Counted from the stretch's first letter, positions 16,001 to 28,848 are shown. The stretch is DNA of 64,000 bases from Macrostomum lignano (GCA_002269645.1 NIVC01000200.1:186001-250000); one strand, 5' to 3'. The notes: a model not told the origin generated them from the letters alone. Translations and numbers: made by a program.

Positions 16001-16970
16001 CCGGGTTGCTATTGTGAAGTTTTAAAGAACCCGAGGGCCGGGTTGCTATTGTGAAGTTTCAAAGGACCCGAGGGCCGGATTGCTATTGTGAAGTTTCAAA
16101 GGACCCGAGGGCCGGATTGCTATTGTGAAGTTTCAAAGGACCCGAGGGCCGGGTTGCTATTGTGAAGTTTCAAAGGACCCGAGGGCCGGGTTGCTATTGT
16201 GAAGTTTCAAAGGACCCGAGGGCCGGGTTGCTATTGTGAAGTTTCAAAGGACCCGAGGGCCGGATTGCTATTGTGAAGTTTCAAAGGACCCGAGGGCCGG
16301 GTTGCTATTGTGAAGTTTCAAAGGACCCGAGGGCCGGATTGCTATTGTGAAGTTTCAAAGGACCCGAGGGCCGGGTTGCTACTGTGAAGTTTCAAAGGAC
16401 CCGAGGGCCGGATTGCTATTGTGAAGTTTCAAAGAACCCGAGGGCCGGGTTGCTATTGTGAAGTTTCAAAGGACCCGAGGGCCGGATTGCTATTGTGAAG
16501 TTTCAAAGGACCCGAGGGCCGGATTGCTATTGTGAAGTTTCAAAGGACCCGAGGGCCGGATTGCTATTGTGAAGTTTCAAAGGACCCGAGGGCCGGATTG
16601 CTATTGTGAAGTTTCAAAGCACCCGAGGGCCGGGTTGCTATTGTGAAGTTTCAAAGAACCCGAGGGCCGGGTTGCTATTGTGAAGTTTCAAAGGACCCGA
16701 GGGCCGGGTTGCTATTGTGAAGTTTCAAAGAACCCGAGGGCCGGGTTGCTATTGTGAAGTTTCAAAGGACCCGAGGGCCGGATTGCTATTGTGAAGTTTC
16801 AAAGGACCCGAGGGCCGGATTGCTATTGTGAAGTTTCAAAGGACCCGAGGGCCGGGTTGCTATTGTGAAGTTTTAAAGGACCCGAGGGCCGGATTGCTAT
16901 TGTGAAGTTTCAAAGGACCCGAGGGCCGGGTTGCTATTGTGAAGTTTCAAAGGACCCGAGGGCCGGATTG
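13073..16970. repeat. 37 bp tandem satellite (GGGCCGG[A/G]TTGCTATTGTGAAGTTTCAAAG[G/A/C]ACCCGA), roughly 105 units
   Basis: Direct reading; copy number estimated from length divided by 37. Confidence 0.95.
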
Positions 16971-17004
16971 AGAGGCTTCGCGGGCCGGAGTTTGCCGACG
17001 CCTG
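16960..17004 (-). mobile_element. hAT (Charlie/Buster-like) terminus CAGGCGTCGGCAAACTCCGGCCCGCG, contiguous with the 37 bp satellite
   Basis: Terminal sequence typical of Charlie-type hATs; flanked by TATTAGAC (nnnTAnnn); related end at 25771. Confidence 0.65.
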
Positions 17005-18086
17005 TATTAGACTGATTGCAAATCACATGTAAATGATTGCGAATAAATGTGTCAAACGGCTCGATAATTCATATTCACCAAGTGCATCATAAGGTTCATT
17101 AAGTAAGATAATCCTATAGTAACTCTAAATGTTGTTTATGGACATTAGGTAATTATCTAGAGGCTATTATTAAGGGAGAACTTCATTTCGGACACTATTC
17201 ATTTCGGACACTATTCATTTCGGACACTATTCATTTCGGACACTATTCATTTCGGACACTGCTCCGGCTGGCCGCCAGTGGCCACAAGAATTGACTGCAC
17301 CATCAGCAGAGTGTGACCAGCAGTGCAATGCCTGTGAGTTGTCGCTCAATCATTGCCTCGAATGTGTCATTTTTTCTGTGAAATATCTTACTACTGAATC
17401 TGAAATCTGTGGCTCTTTTTGAAAACTCCTATTAAAAGTATGAGAGCCAAAAGACACGGACGGCGGATTTCGAATGACTTCTCCTGATGGTGCAGTTGTG
17501 GAGATGTTATACTTACTATGCTATAAAAAGGAGAACTTCAATTGAGAAGCTTTCGATTATTTTGAGATCGCTCCAAGGATCTGGGCGAACTTATTGGTAT
17601 TCCCCCTCTCTCTCTCCCTCTTTGTCCTTCTCTCACCATTCTCTCCGTCCCTCTCTCTCCCCCTCTCTCTCCCTCTCTCCTTCTCTCCCTCTCCCCCCTT
17701 CTCTCCGTCCCCCTTTCTCCCTCCCTCTCTCTCCCTCTCCCTCGTTTTAACCAATGCGCTCTTTTTACCTATAAATTACAATATTTATTCACTTTGTCGT
17801 GTATTTTATTCAAACTGCTTAATTAAACGCACAAATATCGATTTTTATGCTTCCACCCTCAATACCGCATTTTATTTATTCGTACTTCGAAAAAACATTT
17901 TTTTTAATACACTAAATATACCGTCGCTTAAACTGACCGGTTGTCAGCCTCTGGGACAAGTAATTAGAGCTAGAATGAGCCCAGTTTAAATGTACACCCC
18001 CACATGTACAGCAGCTCAGCGATTTTATTAGACTGAGAAAACTAATACTTAAAGACCAACTTGCACTGCATGAAACACTGATTTTT

Positions 18087-18124
18087 GGCCTGACGAAGAG
18101 CCCAGAGGCTCGAAACCGGTAGCC
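18087..18124 (+). ncRNA. Minimal type I hammerhead ribozyme (Penelope-associated type)
   Basis: GGC-CTGACGA-A-GAGCC(CAGA)GGCTC-GAAA-CCGG-TA-GCC: intact core, 5 bp stem II, palindromic ACCGGT stem III, GUA cleavage triplet, GGC/GCC stem I. Confidence 0.8.
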
Positions 18125-18249
18125 CATATTAAATTAATTAGTCTTTTGATTTTTTTAAACACGCCGTGACCTCTCTTCTCTCTCTCTCTACCTCTCTCCC
18201 TACCCCTAACACCTTCTCTCCCTATTTTTTATCTTTAACTGTCTTCCGT

Positions 18250-19210
18250 CTTCTGGGACCGCGATGGTGACAACAAGAGCGTGACAACTAGGGAGTACTT
18301 TAAGCCCACCGACAGCCGAGCCCTCATCCACCGAGGCTCTTTCCATCCTAAGCTGACTTTCCGGGGCGTGGTGAAGTCCCAGCTCCTCAGGTACGCCCGG
18401 CGGTGCTACCGGATGGCCGACTTCGACGCAGCGTGCACCGGGCTGAAGTCGAATCTGGTGCAGCACCAAGGCTGCCGTCGGCGTTTCCTCCGCACCATCA
18501 AGTACGACGCGCTGGCTGAGCTGGGTTTCTACCCGACCAGGCGGTGGGAGTTCGGCCGTGCAACCCGGCCCGACTCTGCAAGTGCTGCCAGGAGCACGCC
18601 AGGTTCACCTCCGTCTACCCCAGATCAGCTGCCACATCGGTTCAGCTCATCATCAGTCAGAGGATCGACTGCAACGCGATGAACGCCGTCTAGGTTGTGT
18701 TCTGCCGACGGTGCGATCACACGGTCTATTTCGGCGAGACCGTCAACAGCATCCGTGGCCGTATGCTGGCGCACATCGGCGACATTCGACACGGCCATGA
18801 CACTCCAATGGCCCGCCACTTCACCAGCGATGGCCACGGCCTGGTGGACTTCGTTTTTATCGGCGTGTGGACTCGGGACGGCTCGGGACCGAAGGCCAAT
18901 GAACGGCGTCAGCGCCAAGAAGCCAAGCCGATCAATGTCCTGAGGACCCGTTTCACACATGGCGCCAACGAGCTGGCCGGCGTGCTGCACAATCCGGCCA
19001 TCCCGCTCATTTTGCCCCATTGTGCAGCGTCCGGCGCCCTGGTTGCCATGGTGAGGGACCGGCTGGCACGACACTGCGAGGCCCCGGTGCTGCAAGCCTA
19101 CAGAGACCAAGGGCAGGAGCCTCCGGGAGCTGCTCTGCCAGAACCGGCTCGAACCTACCATTTAACAAATTTTATTTTTGCCGCAGTACACGGTGCCCTT
19201 TCACTTTAAT
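18250..19210 (+). mobile_element. Penelope-like element (Neptune-type) fragment: RT thumb, Cys-rich linker, GIY-YIG endonuclease; inactivated
   Basis: YFKPTD..HRGSFHP..VKSQLLRYARRC, PC..LCKCC, NAV*VVFCRRCD..YFGET..RMLAH, LRTRFTHGAN; a frameshift and an in-frame TAG are present. Confidence 0.85.
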
Positions 19211-19562
19211 GGTATTTTCTCTCTCTCTACTGTGTGATTTGCTCTGCTCCTCTGCCATTGTTTGAACTTGTTTGTCGACTGTGGTGTGCGGTGCACCGGA
19301 ACTCTTTCTACACTAAATTTATGTTTTATTATTTAACTGATTTGTTTTACTTTCTGGTGATGTTCTACGAGTATTTGGTTAATTATTATTAATTGACACT
19401 TTAAGGACTTAAAGGCCTACTTGTAAAGTTGTAGCCATTTATTTATTATCCAGTATTTATAGTGTATGTTTTTTTCATTCCATTTATTCTGATCTATTAC
19501 TCATCATACTTCATTGTCGTAAATATTGACGGCAACTGGCTCAAATAAAATTTACTCTACTC

Positions 19563-19599
19563 GCCCAGACGAAGAATTTGCCAAATTCGAAATATCGGC
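19563..19599 (+). ncRNA. Degenerate hammerhead ribozyme (core CAGACGA) at the 3' end of the Penelope-like fragment
   Basis: GCC-CAGACGA-A-GAATTT(GCC)AAATTC-GAAA-TA-TC-GGC; same family as the motif at 28994-29042, but with U4>A and a minimal stem III. Confidence 0.6.
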
Positions 19600-19669
19600 A
19601 ACAATAATCTTATTGACTTTTGAGGCCTATTTTCACCGTGTCAGCGCCTTGGAGTTTGGAGGTGCCCTC

Positions 19670-20077
19670 CTCTCCCCCTCTCTCTCCCCCATCTCTGTCT
19701 CCCCCCTATCTCTCTCCCCTATCTCTCTCCCCTATATCTGTCTCCCCCATCTCCCTCTCCCCCCTCTCTCTCCCCCATCTCTGTCTCCCCTATCTCCCTC
19801 CACCGTCTCTCTCTCCCTCCCTATCTCTCTCTCCCCTATCTCTCTCTCCCCATCTCTCTCTCCCTCCCTATCTCTCTCCCCTATCTCTCTCTCCCCCATC
19901 TCTCTCTCCCTATCTCTCTCTCTCTCCTCTCTCTCTCCCATCTCTCCCTCTCCCTCTCACTCTCGTTCTCGTATCTCCCTCTCCCTCTCTCTCCCCTATC
20001 TCTCTCTTATCCCTCTACCCTCTCTCTCACCCTCTCTCTAGCTTCCCTCTCCCCCCTCTCTCTCCCATATCTCTCCC
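19670..20077. repeat. CT-rich low-complexity tract (similar tracts at 17600-17745 and 25245-25590)
   Basis: Direct reading. Confidence 0.85.
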
Positions 20078-22660
20078 ACAACAACAACAACAACAGCAAA
20101 GTACGCAGCCCCGCATCTAAGGTCACAGTTAGAGCAGGGTGCGTCAGATGGCGTGACGCAGAGCCTGAGAGCAGACAAAGTCCACCCCATTGGCAGTGCC
20201 CTGGCATTGCATAGGAGGCAGTCCATAGATCAACGGGTTTGGGCCTGACTCCGCTCCGCCTGAACGGGCCCTGCAAGGTGAGCAGCAGAACGTCCTGAAC
20301 AGTTTGTGGGCATTAGTCCTCGGCCCGGATCACGTGGCCCGCCAGTTGAAGTCGCCGCCGGCGCAGGATGGTGGACGGGCGCTGCAGCTTGGGCCGATCG
20401 TACAGGGCCTCGGTCCCAATGCTCTTGTCAGCTTGAAAGGTCGCACGGTGCAACCCTGAGTGCGCCGAGTCGATCTGCCGCTCTAGCATGGCCTTCAGCG
20501 TCCAAATCTCGGCGTTTTAGAGCAGGACGGTTTCGATCATCGCCTGCCACAACCGAGCCCTTTGGTGGTCGGGCCGCGCTTCGGACTGGAGGACGGCTTG
20601 GATCGAACGGAAGGCCGCCCAGGCAAGTCCTCTGCGCCGCCGGAGGTCCTCCTCCATGTGGGGCACCAGACCGCCGAGGTAGGTGAACCGCTGGCAGCGT
20701 GCAAGCCTGGTCGTCTGTCCGTCTGCGCGGCGGCACGTCAGGTCCGCTGGGATGTCGGCCGGCATACTCAGCACCTCGGTCTTCAGTGTGTTGACAACCA
20801 GACCGACTCTCGATCCGGTCCGAAGCACCCAGTCCAGCAGCAGCACGAAGAGGAACGGCGCTAGCGTTTTCGCCCTGCAAAACTCCTGATGAAGTATCGA
20901 ACAAGTCAGACAGGCCGTCCGCCGTCACCACAGCAGCTCGAGTGTCGCAATATAGCGACATGACAGCGTCGATTAGCTGCTGCAGGACCCGGTAGACTCG
21001 AAGGAAGAAAGGAAGCGCGGCTCTCAGCACCGGGTCAAACGCCTTTCGAAAGTCAACGAAGACAATGATCAGCGTAGACTGGCGGATGCGCGCCTCCTCC
21101 ATGACACGGCGGAGTGCGAGGATCTGTGTCACTGTACCGCGTTGGGGCCGGAATCCGTTCTGCTCGTACCGTAGGTACGAGTCCAGCACCGACTGAAGAC
21201 GATCGAGCAGCAGCCGGTTGAAGAGCTTCGCGGTGCAGGACATCAATCAGCGAGATCCCGCGGTGGTCTTCTGTCCGCGTTGTCCCTGCCTTCTTTGGGA
21301 TCGGCACGATGTGCGCAACGGTCCACTCGGTGGGCTCAGGAGCGCCGTCGAGCACGTGGTTCATAACGCATGTGACCTGGGAGGCCACACAGCAGAGCCG
21401 CAGCGCCTCAACCGAAACTTCGTCAGGGCCGAGCACCTTGCCGCCTGATGTTTTCCGAGCGAACAGCACAACGTCCTGCGTGGTGACTGGGCTGGTGCAG
21501 AAGTCCTCCTCAGCTGGAAGCGGCGTGTCCAGTGGGAGCACAAAACTGGCGGGCAGCGGCGATGCGCACGCGTTCATGATGCCGGCCAAAAAGTCGCGCA
21601 ATTCATTCCTGCGCTCCTCCGGGGTGTCAACGGCCAGATTCAGCACCACGCGCTTTTTGCGCCACGTCAGAGTCCGGACGGCCTTTTACACTGCGCGGCT
21701 AGTCACGTCGGGGCCGGCTGCAGTGATGGACCCGACGGCGTCGTCGACAGCGGCCTGCTGCCGCTCGCATAGAAGGTGCCTTCCGCCGCCTTCTCTTGCA
21801 GGCCGCAAAGGTGACCAGGCGGGCGGGGGCTTGCGGAACTGGGAGTTCGCGGACACCAGGTCCAGCCGGTCAAGCTGGTCCTCCAGTGCATCGGTGGTGG
21901 CGTTCTCGCGTCCCGCGACAAAGGGCGAGCGCTCGAACCTCCGCGGGACTACGTTCAGGTCTCCGAGCACCGCCAGCGTGTCGCGATTTGGCACCTCTTC
22001 TAGCTGCCCAGCCAGGAAGATAAAGAAGGCTCGAGCCTCCTCGGGGTGAGCAGCGGTGGGTGCGTATGCGTAAAACAGCCTGATGCAGCGGGCGCGCAGT
22101 CGCAGGTCGACCCGCAGCAGTCGCGGGGACAGCTAGGTGCAGTGCACGCTCTGCTGGAGGCGCGGTCCGATCAGTACGCCGACACCGCCCGGCCGCGGTC
22201 GTCTGCCGACGTGTACAGGAGGCTCCAGCCGGCTCCGAGTCCTCAGAGTGGAACCCCGGCTCAGCCACGATAGAAACCTCCTGCAGCGTGACGAGGTCCA
22301 GCTGCAGGTCGTGGGCCAGCTGGACGAGAATTGTGCGACGCCAGGGGGCCTTCAGAGTTCGGCAGTTCATCGTGCCGAGTATGAGGCGGCCACCTGGTAC
22401 AGCTGGGCCAAATGAAGGTTGACCTCGTGGTCCCCGGCGCCACCTGGAGGATCCATAGTTGAAGTTGCAGAGACTGGGGACAACAGGCGCCTGGCCGCGC
22501 CACGGAGTCGCCCTCGCCGGTCGCGTTCGCGCCGCCGCTCAGTGCGACGTTGCGCGCTGCGCCGACCTCTGCGTGTCCCTGGTGTGCTGATCTTTGTTGC
22601 CGCAGCCGAGACGCGGAGTCCGAGCCAACCGAGGTCATCCGCGTCCTGATGATCTAGCCG
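20078..22660 (-). mobile_element. Decayed RTE-type LINE (APE + RT) with frameshifts and an internal deletion; (GTT)n tail
   Basis: NCRTL, LGDLNV, EQNGFRPQRGT, FVDFRKAFD, GVLQG and FTYLGG motifs; AAC repeats at 20078-20098. Confidence 0.9.
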
Positions 22661-22885
22661 CAATGCCAGGAGTTGTCAGCACTATTTGTACTTTTGTGAA
22701 AATATAATGGCTCGTCGTCACGTCACAGGGCGCGGTTGACGGCCTGGGTGCGAACGATGGAACGCAGTAACACTTCCTGCACCGGCTGTGGCCCGACCGC
22801 ACAACAAGTCGCTTGGTGACTCGTACTCGTCACAGATCTTGAATGACAGAACAGAAATCCACTTTAGTGCCTGAAATTCACTCAC

Positions 22886-22981
22886 CTGCAAATTTAAATC
22901 GCCAACGTCGTCGCCTAGAATGGCCGTACCAGCCAGATCTGGCACGCAGTCTCCGATGCAGACGGCTTCTTGACCTGGCAT
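22886..22981 (-). pseudogene. Duplicated peroxiredoxin exon 1 (32 codons, intact ATG and GT donor) with no adjacent exons 2-3
   Basis: Near-identical to 9607-9702 (MPGQEAVCIGDCVPDLAGTAILGDDVGDLNLQ|GTGAGT); homology stops at about 22714. Confidence 0.8.
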
Positions 22982-24242
22982 ACTTCTCTTGTTGAATAAT
23001 TTCCTTTAAATAAAGTCTTCTTGAACTGACTCTGATTGAATTGGATTCAGAAAAATGCGCTACCGTTCTGCTTTAAGGCCGAAACTTGCTCAAAACTGTG
23101 AAATAAAAAGTTATAACACCTTTTTCCGTTCACTTTCCACAAAACTCGCATTCCAATTCGGCAAGCGGCATTCAATTTCGACAAATAAATATTCTATTAA
23201 GAGCGCTCATTCTGTCTATGGACAAAATTTGCATGCAGATTTCCCATTCAATTTTAACACTTTTTTGCGCTGTTTTTGTGTACTGTACGAGCCATCAATC
23301 TTCAACACACCCCCTCTCAAGCTAACGACAAATACTGTAACTCTCTGTGGTTCTCTATAGCATCCGCCCTTTCAACTGAGTGCTCTCGTTGAAGTTCGCT
23401 TCTAGAACACAGAAGCTTTATGTACGGGAGTATGCACTGAATTTATTTTTGAAAAAATATCACAAATAGAAGAATGAGCGACGAGGAGATGTTCGAAGAA
23501 GCAGGAGATGAAGAAGAAGAAATCGGTGAGGAAGATGATGAGGTTAAACCCTGGGGGCCATACGGACGAGTGTCTGTTTGTGGACAACGTGAATTTGTTC
23601 ACGGTCATCTTTAAGAAGTTTTTAAAGTTTTATAACAAACTTACAACAGTGACTGTGCGGGGTCAAAAGCCACTGCACTTCCGATAAAAAACTACGAGTT
23701 TCCGCTGCCTCGACCAGATTAATTCCAATTACGTACATGATGGTGTCGACTCAATGTGCTTCTTAAGCTGGCCTCCTCAAAGGCTAGACCCCACGCCACT
23801 CCATTAACGAGGTTGAGCAGAACCTTGTAGGCTTGTACTTCTGCATGCGCTCTCTCGTGGCGAAATTTCTTTGTCATCAATGCAAGCTTTTCACATTCTA
23901 CACTTTCTACTAATCAATGGACGAACTCTACAACTGCTATCTAAAGTTTCTATAGCTAGTAAAAGACATTAAGAAAAGAACGGTTGTTGATCGCCTACGT
24001 CTGCTCACACAACCAATTAGTAAACAAACAAATATATTTAAAGATTCAGTTTAATTGGTGTCACAATATAACACTGGCACACCTTAATTTTGTGGGGTTC
24101 TAAAAATGACAAAACTTTGGACACTTTAGCAACACTGTAGTCTGTAGGGTGTTTGCTTGGGAATAAAAAACAGTTTTCAGTAGCATAAGAGTGTTTCACA
24201 AAGTTTGATTAAAAACACTTTGATGTCTGCTTCACTTTGCTT

Positions 24243-24461
24243 TCACTTCTTGCCGGAGCTATATCGGCGGCGGCGCCACTTGGCAACAGGTTGAACTTCT
24301 TCATCGTATTCTTTGTCAGCTTCCAGCGGCTCATCAAGACTTTCGCCGGCGATGTCGTCAAGCGAGTCGGGCTCTTCCACCTGATCCCACTGGTTGCTGG
24401 CTGCCAGCTGGGACACGAGGAACAGGGTCAGCAGCAGTGCGATGCCAAGTTGCATCTTCAT
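24243..24461 (-). CDS. Small secreted prepropeptide, copy 2 (72 aa): C-terminal WRRRRYSS-GKK
   Basis: Paralog of 12043-12258; identical signal peptide, intact frame, conserved flanks. Confidence 0.8.
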   Translation of the reverse strand: MKMQLGIALLLTLFLVSQLAASNQWDQVEEPDSLDDIAGESLDEPLEADKEYDEEVQPVAKWRRRRYSSGKK

Positions 24462-25770
24462 GGTTCAGCTGTGTTTGGTTTTGAAAGTCTTGAATAAATT
24501 TTAAACTTTCCTAGTTGAGACAGAAAGGCGCTGCTTCGGGTCAGCTGCTTTTAAAAGCAGCTCTAAAACGTGCCAGGGCGCTGTGGGTGCACGTTTTCAA
24601 TGCAATGCTTTGCGTGGCTCAGACTGCCTGCTGCCTTGCCTAAGCTAACCTTAGTTTGTGCTCCATACATCTCTTCATCTCTCACTGCTTGCCATAGAGG
24701 CTGGACAATGCAGCTACTTGATGAAGATACTGCGCGGGTTAGTCTTAGAACAAGATGGGAACCGCACACGGCTCACTCGTGGCTAAAATGAATTAAACTA
24801 GCTTGCTACTCAACCTGCATCATTTATTGCGAATAATTCTCCAAACCCTTAAGTTGGGCCTCTTAAAACACTCGTTGTCTAAGACGCTTTCATAAACCCA
24901 AGGACTGCCGTGAGCCCTGGGCACCGCAATTTGCCCGGGGCAGAGCTTGAAAACATTGCTTCTTTTGTAAAGGAGTAAGCACTGCACAGTCCTAAGTTCC
25001 AACCTCTAAATGTTTCAGTTTTCTCTTATTCTTCCGTCTCTCTCTTTGACGATGATTGTACGACCGTAATCAATTAAATAAGCCGAAGGTTCCATATGTT
25101 TCTTTCGATATTTAACCCTCAACACGGATGTTTATTTCTAATTCCTGATAATTGCAATTTCAAATAGATATTAAGCACGCAAGTGTATTAAGCAAATCAG
25201 TGAAAATGAGATCTGGGCTCGATTCAAAGGAAGAGCTTTCCTTGTCTCCTCGATCCTCTCTCCCTCCTCCTCTCTCACTGTCTCTCTCCCTATCTCTTCC
25301 CCCCTCTCTCCCTCTCTCTTCCCCTGTCTCTCTCCCTATCTCTGTCTCCCCCTCTCTCTCCCTCTCTCTTCCCCTGTCTCTCTCCCTATCTCTGTCTCCC
25401 CCTCTCTCTCCCTCTCTCTTCCTCCGTCTCTCTACCCCTCCCTCCCCTATCTCTCTCTCCTCTCCTTCCCCCTCTCTCTGCATATCTCCCTCGATATCTA
25501 TGTCTCCCCCTCTCTCAATCTCTCCCCCCTCTCTCACTCTTTCTCATCCTCTCTTCCTCTCTCTCTGTCTCCCGTCTCAGCATTTCTTTCCCTTACTGTC
25601 TGTGCTACAGGGTCACCTGAAATGCCCTAGAATTGTTGTGAGGGCTAAGAGCTCTAGCAAAATAATTTCGAGTAGTGAGCTACTGTGGTGCCATCTCAAT
25701 AGAATGAGTATCTCACTCTAAGAAAAATATTCTTAAGCTACCTAAACTGTTGAGTTCGTACGCTCTACAC

Positions 25771-25850
25771 CAGGGGGTCGGCAGACTCCGACCCGCAAAG
25801 CCTCTCAATCCGGCCTTCGGGTCCTTCACAATAGCAATCCGGCGCGCTCA
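25771..25850 (+). mobile_element. hAT terminus CAGGGGGTCGGCAGACTCCG with a single, partly deleted copy of the 37 bp satellite unit
   Basis: Aligns to the reverse complement of 16940-17004; preceded by CTCTACAC (nnnTAnnn). Confidence 0.65.
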
Positions 25851-26056
25851 CGGCTTGTGTCTCATCTCAGCTGTCATCTTTTTCCTCATAGCTGCAGCCA
25901 TCAGCTCATTTTTTGTCTATTCATTTGTATTTTCAATTCTGCCACATTTCCACGTGTTGTACATTATCAATATGAGCTGAAAATGTTTTGGCATCGGAAA
26001 GATTCTAGCCGTAAGTTTTTCGCAGAGCGGCAAACAGAAAGGAAGAGAGAAATACA

Positions 26057-26506
<450 letters not shown>

Positions 26507-26859
26507 AATCTCAGCCCTAATCACCCAGTCTTGATAAGATGATTTTCACTGAAATTCGGCAGCTATCAAGAATCATAACCTTTAGTTTGGAACTAGCAAT
26601 CTAGTCCGGCCCCCCTTCGGGGCGCCCAATAAGCAAGGAGCAAAAATAGGTCAGTGAAAACAATTAAAAAAGCACATTTTCTTAAGAACCAATTCCTTCT
26701 TCACTTTTAAAAATCACCTTATTCATGTAAAATTGTCACGGACAAAGATGCTTGCTATGAATAACTTTTTTTCTAAAATTAAGAAACAGACAACAAAATA
26801 TAACTTTCACAAAGATAACAGACATTCCCCCTAAATAGAAAATATTCCCAAGACAGCAA

Positions 26860-28200
26860 GCATCCCCCCAGATAGCAAGCACCCCCCTCCAAAAGTAAGC
26901 AACAGCAGATAGCAAGCATCCCCTAATACTCGTAGCAAGCATCCACCCAGATAGCAAGCATCCCCCAGATAGAAGCATCCACCCAGATAGCAAGCATCCT
27001 GCAGATAGCAAGAATTCCTAAATAGCAAGCATCCCTAAATAGAAAGACTCCCATACATGTAGCCAATACCCCCCCTCTCCCAAATAGCAAGTACCCCCCC
27101 CCCTCGAGAGCAAGCATCCCCCAGATAGCAAGCATCCCCAGATAGCAAGCATCCCCCAGATAGCAAGCATCCCCCAGATAGCAAGCATCCCCCAGATAGC
27201 AAGCATCCCCAGATAGCAAGCATCCCCCAGATAGCAAGCATCCCCCAGATAGCAAGCATCCCCCAGATAGCAAGCATCCCCCAGATAGCAAGCATCCCCC
27301 AGATAGCAAGCATCCCCCAGATAGCAAGCATCCCCCAGATAGCAAGCATCCCCCAGATAGCAAGCATCCCCCAGATAGCAAGCATCCACCAGACAGCAAG
27401 TAGCTAGTGCAAATGTTACCTCCGCTAATGCAATAATCGCTTTCTCAGGTTGTGCAGCAATCCACGTCTCAGCTAGCGCAATAATCTCTTTTTTAGACAG
27501 CGCAATAATCAGCTTCTCAGCTAGTGAAATAATCATTTTCTCATCTAGTGCAATAATCCTTTACTCATCAAGTACAAAAATCGATGTCTCAGCTAGTGCA
27601 ACAGCCTTTTCTAACCTAGTGCAATAATCCTTGGTTTATCAAGTGCAATATTCCTTGGTTTATCTAGTGCAATATTCCTCATTATCAAGTGCAATAATCC
27701 TTGGTTTATCAAGTGCAATATTCCTTGGTTTATCTAGTGCAATATTCCTTGGTTTATCTAGTGCAATATTCCTCATTATCAAGTGCAATAATCCTTGGTT
27801 TATCAAGTGCAATATTCCTTGGTTTATCTAGTGCAATATTCCTTATTATCAAAGTGCAATAATCCATGGCTTATCAAGTGCAGTAATCCTTGGCTTATCA
27901 AGTGCAATAATCCTTGGTTTGTCAAGCGCAGTAATCCTTGATTTATCAAGCGCAGTAATCCTTGGTTTATCAAGTGCAGTAATCCTTGGTTTATCAAGTG
28001 CAGTAATCCTTGGTTTATCAAGTGCCATAATCATTGGCTTATCAAGTGCAATAATCCTTGGTTTGTCAAGCGCAATAATTCTTGGTTTATCAAGTGCAGT
28101 AATCCTTGGTTTATCAAGCGACATAATCATTGGATTATCAAGTGCAATAATCCTTGGTTTATCAAGCGCAGTAATCTTTGATTTATCAAGCGCCATAGTC
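26860..28200. repeat. Composite minisatellites: 18 bp AGATAGCAAGCATCCCCC (to about 27395), then 24 bp CCTTGGTTTATCAAGTGCAATAAT family (about 27600-28195)
   Basis: Direct reading; explains the GGCLLS/MLAIWG and ILGLSSA pseudo-ORFs. Confidence 0.9.
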
Positions 28201-28277
28201 CAGGTCTTTTTAATTAGTCCTTTAATAAAAGCTTTCAATAAAAAAAGTCATGCTACTTTTATTTTTTTATACACTAC

Positions 28278-28335
28278 TAAGATTCGAACCCAGGTCGCGC
28301 TGCATTAGCAGTCCAGTGTGTTCACATCTAGGCTA
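28278..28335 (-). mobile_element. Degenerate tRNA-Ser(GCT)-like relic
   Basis: TAGCCTAGATG..GGACTGCTAATGC..GGGTTCGAATC on the minus strand; no acceptor stem. Confidence 0.35.
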
Positions 28336-28815
28336 GCTCTCATTGAATTTATAAATGAATTTGTAGCACTTATAATTCAACACTCAAACCAAGTCAGTTG
28401 AGTAAAAGTCACACGAAGCAGTTATGGCATAATCAATTTCTTAGGCAACTCTATTAAAGTTAGCATTGTGGTTACGCAATATAAATAAAGTATGGTGCTA
28501 TGCTTCCACACTGCGTTTTCAATACTATTGTGATTCAATCTATTTCAGAATCAGAATTCAAAACCAGTCAATTTTTTCTCTAGCACTCTTACAATGCATT
28601 TCAAGTCGAAAGAGCTGCTTGACTTTTGCAAAAATGCATGTTTTCGAATATTTAATATTAGGCATGTTGGCTACTTATAGTAATACAGATTGCGTGCTAT
28701 ATGACATTTTTTCCTGTATTTATGACTAATGTCTAAGACTGTATCCAAACTAAGAATTATTTGCTACGAGCGTATGTTAGTAAAGCTTGCCTATTTGCAG
28801 TGAACGGGTTTGCTA

Positions 28816-28848
28816 TTTTAATAAATTATAGTTTGCATGGTTAGCGAG

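Noticed and set aside
13073-16970. 37 bp repeat as a CRISPR array
   Set aside because: Units are head-to-tail with no unique spacers, there are no cas genes, and the context is eukaryotic.
22600-22690. HDV-like ribozyme at the 5' end of the decayed RTE copy
   Set aside because: Only a wobble-rich P2 could be drawn; P3/L3 were not recognisable.
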